Assembly (NCBI GenBank): GCA_963847705.1
Contig: CAWKBC010000034.1
Coordinates: forward strand, 64,001 to 128,000
Reading direction: 5' to 3'
Source: an uncultured Pseudomonadota bacterium
GTDB taxonomy: Bacteria > Myxococcota_A > Polyangia > Fen-1088
DNA length: 64,000 nt
Made by a program: the position numbers and the translations under genes. Of this stretch, positions 9,852 to 19,439 are shown piece by piece (position 1 is the stretch's first letter; every line of letters starts with the position of its first letter). The notes beneath the pieces are model-generated. The model was given only the letters and a program-made list of their open reading frames with translations. It had not been told where the DNA came from and did not search any database.

Positions 9852-11489
9852 CTACTGACCCGCCACGTGGCCGCGGCTCCAGTCGGCGAGGCGGTGCTGG
9901 GCGCGGCGGAGCTCGTCGAGCTGCTCGCGCAGCCTGGCGACGTTCGAGCGGTAGACACGGTTCTCGGGGGCCAGCGCGGCGGCCCGCTCCCAGGCTTGCA
10001 GCGCCTCACCGTAGCGCCCCGCCAGGCGCAGCGCGATCCCCCGGTCGAACAGCTCGACCGCGCGCTGGAGCGGCGAACGGTGGCTGTCGTGCGGCGGCTG
10101 GTCCGGCGTGCGTCGCCACCCCAGCAGGCCGGGCGCCGTTCCGCTCGGACCGCCGAACACCCGCTCGAACAGCTGGCCGGGCGGGCTCCAGTGCGGCGCC
10201 GACGGATCGGCGCGGCGGGACTGCGGCGGCGGCGACGGCGGCGGCGCGATGTCGGCGCGCGCGCGGCTGGGGATCGGCGGCAGCGGCGGCGGTCCCTCCG
10301 GACGTTCGGCAAAGCCGTTTTCCGTCCGCGCGCCCGCCATCTGGATCGGCCCCGAGGCTTCGATGATCTCGACCTCGCAGAGCGCGACGTCGGCACCCGA
10401 GGAAGGATCGGCGGCGATCTCGACTGACTCCGGCACCGCCTCGACGGGCGCGAGCAGGATCGGCACCGGCTCGGGCGTCTCCATGAGTGCCGCCAGCGAC
10501 GCCGTCACGTCGTGCTCCCGGTTCGACGCACCAAATCCATCGAGGCAGCGGGTGAGCGCCTCCCGCATCTGCCGCGCCGTCGCGAACCGATCGGCCGGAG
10601 CGGCCGCCATCGCCCGCATCACCACCTCGGCCACCGGCGCCGGCAGCGACGGCAAGCGGTCGCGCGGATCGTAGAGCCGCCCCGAGGCGACCGCCTGGAT
10701 GATCACCGGGTCGGGACCGTCGTAGGGCCGGGCCCCGGTGAGGCACTCGTAGAGGATCACGCCGGCTGAATAGAGATCGCTGCGGCGATCCTCGGAGGTG
10801 CGACGGACCCGCTCGGGCGCGGCGTAGCGGTACTTGCCGACGAAGACCGACGGGACGGCGGTGCGGGTGGTGGCGCGCGCGGCGCCGAAGTCGATCAACT
10901 TCGCCGCGCCGCTGGTCGAGACGATGACGTTGTCGGGGCTGAGATCGCGGTGAATGAGGCCCAGCGCGCCGCTGCCGTCGCAGAGCTCGTGGACCTCGTG
11001 CAGGGCCTCGCAGACGTCGATCATCACGTGCAGCGTGGTCGCCACGGGGAGCAGCTCGCCGCGCGCCAGCATCCGCTTGTGCGCGAAGCGCAGCGTGACG
11101 CCCGGGACGTACTCCATGCCGATGAAGTAGCGCCCCTCGAGCTGACCGAAGTCGAACACGTGCGCGATGTTCGGGTGGCTGAAGGCCGAGGCCAGCGTCG
11201 CTTCGTTGATGAACATCTCGACGAGATCGGGGCGCCCGGCCAGCTGGGGCAACATCGTCTTGATGACGATCCGCTTCTCGAACCCGCGCACCCCTTTCAG
11301 CTTGGCCCGCCAGACCTCGGCCATCCCCCCGGTGGCCAGCTTCGAGTCGATCTCGTAGCGGCTGAAGTGGGTGCCGGCCTGCCAGTCCGACGTGACGCCG
11401 CGGGTGTCCGGAAGCCCGACGGTGGTCGAGCCGGTGACGTTGGTGGACGTCGTCATCCGGACGCCCTGGAAGCGGAGGTCATTCGCCAT
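9852..11489 (-). CDS. Ser/Thr protein kinase with C-terminal TPR-like region
   Basis: LATGGMAEVW, IHRDLSPDN, DFG, YAAPE, DLYSAG; Pro-rich linker, then a TPR-like helix pair. Start codon estimated. Confidence 0.92.
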   Translation of the reverse strand: MANDLRFQGVRMTTSTNVTGSTTVGLPDTRGVTSDWQAGTHFSRYEIDSKLATGGMAEVWRAKLKGVRGFEKRIVIKTMLPQLAGRPDLVEMFINEATLASAFSHPNIAHVFDFGQLEGRYFIGMEYVPGVTLRFAHKRMLARGELLPVATTLHVMIDVCEALHEVHELCDGSGALGLIHRDLSPDNVIVSTSGAAKLIDFGAARATTRTAVPSVFVGKYRYAAPERVRRTSEDRRSDLYSAGVILYECLTGARPYDGPDPVIIQAVASGRLYDPRDRLPSLPAPVAEVVMRAMAAAPADRFATARQMREALTRCLDGFGASNREHDVTASLAALMETPEPVPILLAPVEAVPESVEIAADPSSGADVALCEVEIIEASGPIQMAGARTENGFAERPEGPPPLPPIPSRARADIAPPPSPPPQSRRADPSAPHWSPPGQLFERVFGGPSGTAPGLLGWRRTPDQPPHDSHRSPLQRAVELFDRGIALRLAGRYGEALQAWERAAALAPENRVYRSNVARLREQLDELRRAQHRLADWSRGHVAGQ

Positions 11490-11647
11490 CACGTCGCCTC
11501 GAACTCGAAGAGAACGGATCAACGGCGCACTGCCGGAAAACTTAACTGGCGCGTCAAGAAATGCAGGCCAGCTTGCATTTCGCTCTGCCGCCGATTGGGC
11601 AAGCGCCCGTTTGCCTTGGGATAGGACAGCCGGCATTCTGTCCGACG

Positions 11648-12010
11648 GTGTCGTCGCTCCGCGCGCTCTTCTCGACCGAGATCTTCATGCCCCGCGGGCA
11701 CGACTACTTCTGGACGCCGACGCTGCTGGTGCTGGAGGGCGTCTCGAACCTGGTCCTGGCGCTCGCCAGCTTCGTGCTGGCGGCGGCGTTCCTGCGGCGA
11801 CGTGCGGGGCGAGCCGTTCTGGCCGGGCGGACCTGGGCCGTGCTGGCGCTGGGCGTCGGTCTCGCGGCCTTGACGCACCTGCTCGATGTCTGGCTGATCT
11901 GGGCGCCGCTCTACTGGCTCGATGCGCTCGTCCGATGCCTGGCCGCGCTCGTCGCCATCGTGGCCGCCGTCCTCTTGCTCAACGACCGTGGTGCACGTGG
12001 CGATCGCTGA
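11648..12010 (+). CDS. membrane protein resembling a stand-alone ethylene-receptor-type sensor domain
   Basis: FMPRGHDYFWTP..VSNLVLALA..LTHLLDVWLIWAPLYWL matches the pattern FMPHGHCYLW..SD.LIALAY..CG.TH..W.P.YWL; three TM helices. Start codon estimated. Confidence 0.7.
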   Translation: MSSLRALFSTEIFMPRGHDYFWTPTLLVLEGVSNLVLALASFVLAAAFLRRRAGRAVLAGRTWAVLALGVGLAALTHLLDVWLIWAPLYWLDALVRCLAALVAIVAAVLLLNDRGARGDR

Positions 12011-13565
12011 GTACGGCGCGCTCGACGCGCTCGGCCTGGCGGAGCTGGTCCGGCAGCGACAGGTCTCGCCCACCGAGCTGCTCGAAGAGGCGATCGGCCG
12101 CAACGAACGGGTGAACCCCAAGCTCGGCGCGGTCATCACGACGGTCTACGAGGAGGCCCGGCGCGTCGCCGGCGCGCTGGGCCAGGTTGGTGCCGCCGGC
12201 GGCTCCGTCGACCGCTCTGTCGCCGGATCGTTCGCCGGGGTGCCGTTTCTGGTGAAGGACATCTACTGCGACATGGCGGGCGTGCCGGCGACGAGCAGCA
12301 GCCGCTACCTCCTCGGACACAAGCCGGCGCGCGACGCGACCATCGTCGAGCGCTTCCGCACGGCCGGTCTCGTCATCTTCGGCCGCACCAACACGCCCGA
12401 GCTGGGCCTTCTCCCGGTCACGGAACCCGCGCTTCACGGACCGACCAGGAACCCCTGGGATCCGGCGCTCACCCCGGGCGGCTCGAGCGGGGGCGCAGCC
12501 GCTGCCGTGGCCGCCGGGATCGTCCCGCTCGCGCACGCCAACGACGGCGGCGGCTCGATCCGCATCCCCGCCTCCTGCTGCGGCCTCTTCGGCCTGAAGC
12601 CCACGCGCGCCCGCACACCGGCCGGCCCGGAGCACTCGCAGCTCTGGAACGGGTTCACCATCGCGCACGCGATCTCGCGCAGCGTCCGCGACAGCGCGGC
12701 GCTGCTCGACGCGATCGCCGGCCCCGAGCCGACCTCGCCCTACTGGGCGCCACCGCCCGCGCGTCCGTTCCTCGAGGAGGTCGGGACACCGCCGGGGCGG
12801 CTGCGGATCGCCCTCACCAAGCGGCCGCAGGTGACCTCCGCCCCGCTCCACCCCGACTGCGCCGCGGCGGCCGACGACGCCGCCCGGCTGCTGGCCGGGC
12901 TCGGCCATGAGGTCGAGGAGGCCGAGCCCGAGCTCGACGCCGAGGCGTTCGCCCGCGACTTCTTCACGCTGGTCTGCGTGGAGACCGCGGCTTTTCTGGC
13001 ACGCGCCCAGACGATCCTCGGCCGCCGGCCCCGGCGCGGCGAGCTGGAGAGCGCCACCGCCATCACCGCGCTGCTCGGCCGGCAGCGCTCGGCCCTCGAG
13101 GCGGCGCGGGCCCGCGAACGACTGGAGGCGAGCGCGCGCAAGACGCTGACCTTCTTCGAACGCCACGACCTGCTGTTGTCGCCCACGCTGGCGCTCCCCC
13201 CGCCAGCTCTCGGCGCGCTCAAGCCGCGGGGGCTGGAGGCGTTCGGACAAGAGCTGCTGCTCGGCCTGCACCTGGGGGCCTTGCTGCGCATCCCGGGTGT
13301 CATCGACGCGTCGGTCCGGCGGGTCTTCTCGTTCATCCCCTTCTCGCCGCTGGCGAACGTGACCGGCCAGCCGGCGATGAACGTCCCGCTCCACTGGAAC
13401 GCCGCCGGGCTGCCGATCGGCAGCCAGCTCGTGGCGCGCTTCGGCGACGAGGCGACGCTGTTCCGGGTCGCCGCCCAGCTCGAGTCCGCTCGCCCCTGGC
13501 GCGATCGCCGCCCGGGGATCCACGCCGATGCGGCGGCGGGCCAGCTCACCCCCGACCGACGTTGA
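11997..13565 (+). CDS. amidase-signature family amidase
   Basis: [29 protein letters not shown]. Confidence 0.93.
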   Translation: MAIAEYGALDALGLAELVRQRQVSPTELLEEAIGRNERVNPKLGAVITTVYEEARRVAGALGQVGAAGGSVDRSVAGSFAGVPFLVKDIYCDMAGVPATSSSRYLLGHKPARDATIVERFRTAGLVIFGRTNTPELGLLPVTEPALHGPTRNPWDPALTPGGSSGGAAAAVAAGIVPLAHANDGGGSIRIPASCCGLFGLKPTRARTPAGPEHSQLWNGFTIAHAISRSVRDSAALLDAIAGPEPTSPYWAPPPARPFLEEVGTPPGRLRIALTKRPQVTSAPLHPDCAAAADDAARLLAGLGHEVEEAEPELDAEAFARDFFTLVCVETAAFLARAQTILGRRPRRGELESATAITALLGRQRSALEAARARERLEASARKTLTFFERHDLLLSPTLALPPPALGALKPRGLEAFGQELLLGLHLGALLRIPGVIDASVRRVFSFIPFSPLANVTGQPAMNVPLHWNAAGLPIGSQLVARFGDEATLFRVAAQLESARPWRDRRPGIHADAAAGQLTPDRR

Positions 13566-13731
13566 CGGTCACGTCGCCGTCGGGCGAGACCCGCACGGTG
13601 ACCGTCCAGGGGTTGCAACAGACGGCGCAGTCCTGCACGAACACCTGATCACCCACGGCGTCGGGATCGTAGTCGTCGGCGATCTCGCCCGGCTCGCCAC
13701 AGAATGGACACTGAACCTCGTCGAGCATCAC
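13546..13731 (-). CDS. CPXCG-motif cysteine-rich small protein
   Basis: CPFCGE...QDCAVCCNPW. Confidence 0.85.
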   Translation of the reverse strand: MMLDEVQCPFCGEPGEIADDYDPDAVGDQVFVQDCAVCCNPWTVTVRVSPDGDVTVNVGRG

Positions 13732-13747
13732 GCCTCCTCGGCCCGCC

Positions 13748-13984
13748 TCACACTTCGTAGTCGGGCGCGGGCGGGACGCGGCCGTAGTTGATCTTGTCCC
13801 AGACGCGCTCGTGCAGAAAGTAGATGAGCAGCTTCACCGCGGTGTCGATGAGGCCGACCTTGGCGGCAAAGTCACCCTTGCCGGTGATCGCGAAGACGAC
13901 GCAGCTGGTGATGACGGCGGCGAAGACCCGCCAGGAGATCGACTTGACGATGCTGCGGCGGCGGAGCTCGTAGGTCTGCGCCAT
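13748..13984 (-). CDS. DUF2061 family small membrane protein
   Basis: RSIVKSISWR...LIYFLHERVW..I.YG; ATG overlaps the cysK stop (TGATG). Confidence 0.85.
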   Translation of the reverse strand: MAQTYELRRRSIVKSISWRVFAAVITSCVVFAITGKGDFAAKVGLIDTAVKLLIYFLHERVWDKINYGRVPPAPDYEV

Positions 13985-14928
13985 CAGCGCGCCTCGGTTC
14001 CCACCTTGCGCGCGATGTCGGCGAAGACGGCGTTGTTGGCGTAGCGCTCGCCCCCGTCGGGGAGGATCACGACGATCCGCTTGCCGGACATCTGGGGCCG
14101 CCTGGCCAGGACCAGCGCCGCGTGCAGCGCCGCCCCGCTCGACATCCCGGCGGCGATCCCCTCCTGACGCGCCAGCTGAAGCTGCGCGCGGACCGCCTCT
14201 TCCTCGGTCACGGCAATGACCTCGTCGATGACGGCCCGGTTGAGGATCTCCGGGACGAACCCGGCGCCCAGGCCCGGCAGGTGGTGCGTGCCAGCCGCGC
14301 GGCCCGACAGCACGGCGGCGCCCGCCGGCTCGACCGCCACCACCCGGCATCCCGGGCGACGCGCCTTCAGCACCTCGCCGACGCCGGTGATCGTCCCGCC
14401 GGTCCCCACGCCCGAAACGAAACCGTCGATCTCGCCGCCCAGATCGGCCCAGATCTCCTCGGCCGTCGTGCGGCGATGAATCTCCGGGTTGGCCGGGTTC
14501 TTGAACTGCTGCAACATCACCGCACCGGGCGTCGCCGCTACCAGCTCTTCGGCCTTGGCCACCGCCTCGCGCATCAGCGAGCCCGGCGTGAAGACGATCT
14601 CTGCGCCCAGCATCCGCAAGAGCGCCACCCGCTCCTGCGAGATGCGCTCCGGCATGACCAGCGTGAGGGGATATCCCTTGGCTGCGGCCACGAACGCCAG
14701 CGCGATGCCGGTGTTGCCGCTGGTCGGCTCGACCAGCTTGGCGCCCGACTTGATGACACCGCGGCGCTCGGCGTCCTCGATCAGCGCCACACCGACGCGA
14801 TCCTTCACGCTGCCGCACGGGTTGCGGGACTCCATCTTCACGAAGATCCGCCCGCCGCCCGTGTCGAGGTGGCCGAGCTCGACCATCGGAGTCCGCCCGA
14901 CCGACTGAACGATGTCCGCGAACAGCAT
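13984..14928 (-). CDS. cysK: cysteine synthase A
   Basis: NPCGSVKDR (PLP lysine), EPTSGNTG, GVGTGGT, PDGGERY. Confidence 0.93.
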   Translation of the reverse strand: MLFADIVQSVGRTPMVELGHLDTGGGRIFVKMESRNPCGSVKDRVGVALIEDAERRGVIKSGAKLVEPTSGNTGIALAFVAAAKGYPLTLVMPERISQERVALLRMLGAEIVFTPGSLMREAVAKAEELVAATPGAVMLQQFKNPANPEIHRRTTAEEIWADLGGEIDGFVSGVGTGGTITGVGEVLKARRPGCRVVAVEPAGAAVLSGRAAGTHHLPGLGAGFVPEILNRAVIDEVIAVTEEEAVRAQLQLARQEGIAAGMSSGAALHAALVLARRPQMSGKRIVVILPDGGERYANNAVFADIARKVGTEAR

Positions 14929-14993
14929 GCGCCTCTCATAACACGGTCCGTCGCGACCGCGCATCGGGGCGGGGTCTGGTCGAGGGGCCGTCG

Positions 14994-15572
14994 TCAGTTG
15001 CGCTTCATCTTTCCCATCAGATGATGTCGCGGCACCAACCCGCCCGACTCCGGGAGCGGCGGCTGCAGGGGCGGACGTGGGCCAATCAAGCCCATCATCC
15101 GCGACTCATCGATGTCCCACGGCAAGACCCCGGGGCGCCCGACTTTGGGCGCCAGAAGGGCGGGCGGCGGCGGCCCTCCGGCGAGGAGGCTCCGCAGCCG
15201 GCAAAGGCCCGCCCCGATCGCGATGATCTCCGTCAGCCCGACCAAAACCATCATCCCCAGGAACGGCAGGAACCCGCGGCGCCGCGCCGCGCGAAGCCGC
15301 GCCCAGCAGTCGGCCGTCACCACCGTCCCGTCGGGGCGGCGCAGGATACGCACGCAGACGCGCCCCTCGCGCGCCGTGATCAGGCGATGCGCTTCGACGC
15401 GGCTCATCGCCTCGACGTTGTAGACGTTTTGCCGACATTGTCCGCAAAACCGCACCCTTTCATCTCCCCCCGCCCCACCCGCGCCCCGCGTCTCGTCCCA
15501 GGAGACGGTGCAAGGCGAGCTGATCTCGATCCGATCGATCGTGTCGCGCGAGGCGCAATCGGGCTGGCTCAT
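14994..15572 (-). CDS. hypothetical membrane protein with a Cys-rich N-terminal domain
   Basis: SPC..SWD...RFCGQC..NVYN...CVR..RRPDGTV.T.DC followed by a TM helix. Confidence 0.7.
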   Translation of the reverse strand: MSQPDCASRDTIDRIEISSPCTVSWDETRGAGGAGGDERVRFCGQCRQNVYNVEAMSRVEAHRLITAREGRVCVRILRRPDGTVVTADCWARLRAARRRGFLPFLGMMVLVGLTEIIAIGAGLCRLRSLLAGGPPPPALLAPKVGRPGVLPWDIDESRMMGLIGPRPPLQPPLPESGGLVPRHHLMGKMKRN

Positions 15573-15634
15573 GGATCAACAGACGCACGAGCCGCCGAAA
15601 AGTTCTGGGGAACCGGCGGCGATTTCTGGTGCCG

Positions 15635-16597
15635 CTATTTCTTGTGCTTCGCTTTCGCCTTTTCCGCCCCGGCCGGCGCGGCCGGGTGCGTCTTGACGAC
15701 GGACTCGATCACGAAGTCGGCCTTGACGAAACCCTGGCCCCACTTGGCGTCGAGATCCGCGAGCGGCTTGGCGGCCTTGATCTCGTCGACCGTCTTCTTG
15801 GCCGAGAGCAGCTTGCCCGTCCGGTCGCGCACGTCGATCAACATCTGGCGGTAGGCGACCAGGTCGGCCTTGGTCATCAGCGGGCCGTGGCCGGGGATGA
15901 TCTTGGTGTTGTCGTCGCAGAGGGAGAGGATGCGATCGGCGGCGGCGATGAAGCCTTCGAACTGACCGCCGCTGTCGACGTCGACGATCGGGTAGCCGGC
16001 GGTCACGGTGTCGCCGGTGTGGATCACGTTGGCGGTCTTGAAGTGGACGATCGAATCGCCGTCGGTGTGCGCCGGCGGGACGTGGATGACGTGCACGTCG
16101 TCGCCGTTCAGGTGCAGCGTGACGTCGTCCGTGAAGGTCACCACCGGCAACGCCGCGGGGGGCTGCGCCTTGATCGCCATCTCATGCCCGCCCATGTGCA
16201 AGACGTTGTCGACGCTGAGGCGCTTGCGGACGTTCTCCTGCGCGACGATCACCGCCCCGGCCGCGGCCATCGCCGGGTTGCCGCCGGTGTGGTCCATGTG
16301 CCAGTGGGTGTTGATCACGAAGCGCACCGGCTTCTTCGAGAGCGCGCCGAGCGCGGTCTTCAGCTTGGCGGTCATCGGCTCGATCTCGTCGTCGATGATG
16401 AAGAGGCCGTCGGCGCCGACCGAAACGGCCACGTTGCCGCCGGCGAAGCCATTGGCCCCCTCGATCATCGAGATAGCGGCGGTGACCGGGGTGGTCTTCA
16501 GCGTGACCTTGGTGGGGTCTCCCATCTGCGCGCGCGCCGAAGCGGCGACCAGCGAAAGACCGAGGAGAGCGACCGTGCGGCAGAGCGTCTTCTTCAT
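15635..16597 (-). CDS. secreted metallo-beta-lactamase-fold hydrolase (cyclase-like)
   Basis: Signal peptide; THWHMDHTGGN, AHTDGD, HTGD, PGHG. Confidence 0.92.
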   Translation of the reverse strand: MKKTLCRTVALLGLSLVAASARAQMGDPTKVTLKTTPVTAAISMIEGANGFAGGNVAVSVGADGLFIIDDEIEPMTAKLKTALGALSKKPVRFVINTHWHMDHTGGNPAMAAAGAVIVAQENVRKRLSVDNVLHMGGHEMAIKAQPPAALPVVTFTDDVTLHLNGDDVHVIHVPPAHTDGDSIVHFKTANVIHTGDTVTAGYPIVDVDSGGQFEGFIAAADRILSLCDDNTKIIPGHGPLMTKADLVAYRQMLIDVRDRTGKLLSAKKTVDEIKAAKPLADLDAKWGQGFVKADFVIESVVKTHPAAPAGAEKAKAKHKK

Positions 16598-16651
16598 GCG
16601 GCGGAGCTTGCCCAACCGCCGCGAGCGCCGCAAGGGTGTCGTCGAGGAGCT

Positions 16652-17257
16652 TCACGTCGGCTGCTGCAGCCCGCCACCCGTCGGAAGCTCGTCGCTCTTG
16701 TGTGCGTGCAGGTAGCCACGCAGGCGGAACCCCAGCACCGTGATCGCGATGCCGTAGACCATGGCGTAGGCGCCCAGCCACCAGACGACGGCCAGCGCGC
16801 CGACCAGGGGGCGAAAGAGGAGCAGCGCACCGAACGCGATCGAGACCGCGCCTGCCAGCGCGAGCGTCCACTCATGCGCGATGATCTTGCGCAGACGGAT
16901 CGCGCTGGCGATCTCCATTCCGCCCGTGATGATCGCCCAGAAGGCGAGCACCCAGAGAAACGCCAGCGCGAAGGAGGCCGGCCAGAACACCGCCGCCATC
17001 CCGGCCGCGACGTAGAGCAAACCCTCCAGCAGCAGCATCCCCCAGCGCGAATCACCTTCACGCCCGCCGCGCGCCGCGCTCACCAGCGCGGCGATTCCGC
17101 TGATGAACGAATAGGCGGCGAACATCAACACGACGGTCAACCCGATCGTCCCCGGCTGCGCGATGGCGAGCACCCCGAAGAGAATCGCGACCACGCCGCG
17201 CAACACCACCCAGCCCCACCGCGACGCCAAACCCAGCTCGGCCTTTTCCGCCAACAT
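16652..17257 (-). CDS. HdeD/DUF308 family membrane protein
   Basis: WGWVVLRGVVAILFG, six hydrophobic helices, AIRLRK.I..EW.L.LAG. Confidence 0.9.
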   Translation of the reverse strand: MLAEKAELGLASRWGWVVLRGVVAILFGVLAIAQPGTIGLTVVLMFAAYSFISGIAALVSAARGGREGDSRWGMLLLEGLLYVAAGMAAVFWPASFALAFLWVLAFWAIITGGMEIASAIRLRKIIAHEWTLALAGAVSIAFGALLLFRPLVGALAVVWWLGAYAMVYGIAITVLGFRLRGYLHAHKSDELPTGGGLQQPT

Positions 17258-17356
17258 GGTTCTACCTCCCACTACCTGGAAGCTAGGGTCGGCGGAGGCG
17301 CGATGACAGGGGCGGCCCGAGTCGACAAGGGCGAACGCTCGAGTCGGCCGGCGGCT

Positions 17357-18619
17357 CTACCGGCTGACTGACTGCTGCCATGAGACGACCTCGCCGTCGC
17401 GGTTGGCGACGAAGGAGACACCGCCGTCGTGGGAGATCACGATGGCCAGCCCCCGCGGGTGCTGGCGGACGAAGCGGTAGGCGGCCCGGTGGCGGGTGCC
17501 GACGTCCTCGACGGCGTTGACCTCGCGCCGCTGCCCTTCCGGGTCCAGCGCGCGCCAGATCTGCGGCGGCGCCGGGATCTCGCTCGACACCTCGGCCCCG
17601 AAGCCGAGCAGCGCGAACCCTTTGTCCAGGACCACCGCGCCGTCGATGGCGGCCAGGCCGGCGATCACCCGGCTCATCTCGAAGATCGACTGCTCCAGCT
17701 TGTCGAGATCCATGCTGGTGTCGCCCGCGAAGTCGGACCAGTCGACCGAGGCGTTCGTCGTCCCCGCCGCCAGACGATCGAGCATCTGCAGGAGCAGCGT
17801 TCGATAGCGGCGCGACGGTTCGTTCTGATCGAAGCGGTACTTGAGGTTCAGCCCTTGCAGCCCCGCGAAGGGCGCGCCCGGGAGCACGTCGGCGACCAGG
17901 ATCAGACCGCCATGGCGGGCGCCCAGGACCAGCTGGATCGCGCGCCGGAGCAGGTCCTGCCCGACGCGACCAACCAGCGACGGCTCGGCCGCCGTCGGAA
18001 CCGGCGCCTGGGCCTGCAGCGCGGCGTGCTCGCGGCGCACCTCCTCGCGCTCGTGGTCGAACATCGCCGGCAACCACTCGGAGTCGAACACGTCCATGAG
18101 CGCGTCGACCATCGCCCCCTGCTCGAGCCCGCCGATGAGCTTGCCGGCGCAGCGCACCGCGATGTGCCCCGGGCCGGTCACGTGAACGATCGGATCGAAC
18201 GTCCAGTTCGGCACCAGGACGCGACCGCCCCAGGTCGGCGCCAGCCAGGCCGGCCCCGAGTGCGCCAGCCCCCAGATGCGCAGCTTCCCTTCGAACGGAT
18301 AGACGCCGATCAGCGTCGTCTCGAACGGCGCCGACGGGCTGAGCTGGCGAAGCTCGTCGGCCGTCGCGGCGCGCGTGCGATCGAAGGCCAGGCGAAGGAC
18401 ACCCTGGTTCGGCGCGCCGCTGACGGGGAGCGCGTCGGGCGACATGATCAGCAAACGAAACCGCGTGGGCCGCGTCTCCTCGGCGGTCATCGAGGCGTGA
18501 AAGGCGATCGAGAGGGCCTCGCAGAGGAGATCGTGGGAGATGGTGAGCGTCCGACCCTCTGGCCAGTGCTCCCGGACGTAGCGCGCGAGGTCGGGGGGGT
18601 ATCGATATCCCGGCGTCAT
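17357..18619 (-). CDS. DisA_N/DAC-like diadenylate cyclase domain protein with N-terminal putative sensor (DACNV-like)
   Basis: C-terminal AAIDGAVVLD, GTRHRAAY, IVISHDG motifs; no TM segment. Confidence 0.8.
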   Translation of the reverse strand: MTPGYRYPPDLARYVREHWPEGRTLTISHDLLCEALSIAFHASMTAEETRPTRFRLLIMSPDALPVSGAPNQGVLRLAFDRTRAATADELRQLSPSAPFETTLIGVYPFEGKLRIWGLAHSGPAWLAPTWGGRVLVPNWTFDPIVHVTGPGHIAVRCAGKLIGGLEQGAMVDALMDVFDSEWLPAMFDHEREEVRREHAALQAQAPVPTAAEPSLVGRVGQDLLRRAIQLVLGARHGGLILVADVLPGAPFAGLQGLNLKYRFDQNEPSRRYRTLLLQMLDRLAAGTTNASVDWSDFAGDTSMDLDKLEQSIFEMSRVIAGLAAIDGAVVLDKGFALLGFGAEVSSEIPAPPQIWRALDPEGQRREVNAVEDVGTRHRAAYRFVRQHPRGLAIVISHDGGVSFVANRDGEVVSWQQSVSR

Positions 18620-18681
18620 CCCCTGAGCATGCCTCGATTCCGGGATGTGGGCCGCTCCGAACCGGCGAGCCGGGATTTCGG

Positions 18682-19419
18682 CTAGATCTGCGCCAGGCCG
18701 CCGTCGACGGCGAGCTCGGCGCCGGTGACGTAGGCCGCGTCGTCCGAGGCCAGGAACAGCACCGCGCGCGCCACATCCGTCGGCGTGCCCCAGCGGCCGA
18801 GCGGGACCATCCCCTCGACGGCGGCCCGCACCTCGGCCGAGCCGTGCGCGCGCGCCGTCAGCGGCGTCTCGACCGCGCCCGGGCTGACGACGTTGACCCG
18901 GATCCGCCGGCGCAGGACCTCCTCGTCCGCAGCCAGCGAGCGGGCCAGGCTCCGCACGGCGGCCTTGCTGGCCAGGTAGAGCGGATCGCCTGGGCGCCCC
19001 CGCGCGTGGGTCGCCGTCGCGGTGAACACGACCGAGGCCCCCGGACGGAAGAGCGGCAGCGCCCGCAGAAAGGAGAAGAAGACCCCCTTGAGGTTCACCG
19101 CGACGATCCGATCGAAGAACGCACCGTCCGTCTCCGCGAGCGGCGGACAGTCCGACATCCCGGCGTTGGCGAAGAGAACGTCGATCCCACCGTAATTCCG
19201 CTCGACCTCGCTCATGAGGCGCTCGATCTCCGAAACCTCCCCCACGTCGGCCGCGATGGCGAGCGCGGTGGGGAGCTCCGCGCGGACCGACGCCAGCGCG
19301 TCGGCGCCCCGCCCCACGATCGCCAGCTTGGCCCCCTCGCGCGAAAACTCCCGGGCGGCTGCCAGGCCGATCCCGCTCGTCCCCCCGGTGATGACGACGA
19401 CCTTGTCCTGGAATCTCAC
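18682..19419 (-). CDS. SDR family oxidoreductase
   Basis: GTG start with GGAGG RBS; TGGTSGIG, ANAG, YLASK. Confidence 0.92.
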   Translation of the reverse strand: MRFQDKVVVITGGTSGIGLAAAREFSREGAKLAIVGRGADALASVRAELPTALAIAADVGEVSEIERLMSEVERNYGGIDVLFANAGMSDCPPLAETDGAFFDRIVAVNLKGVFFSFLRALPLFRPGASVVFTATATHARGRPGDPLYLASKAAVRSLARSLAADEEVLRRRIRVNVVSPGAVETPLTARAHGSAEVRAAVEGMVPLGRWGTPTDVARAVLFLASDDAAYVTGAELAVDGGLAQI

Positions 19420-19439
19420 CGGGGGCCTCCTTCCTGGCC

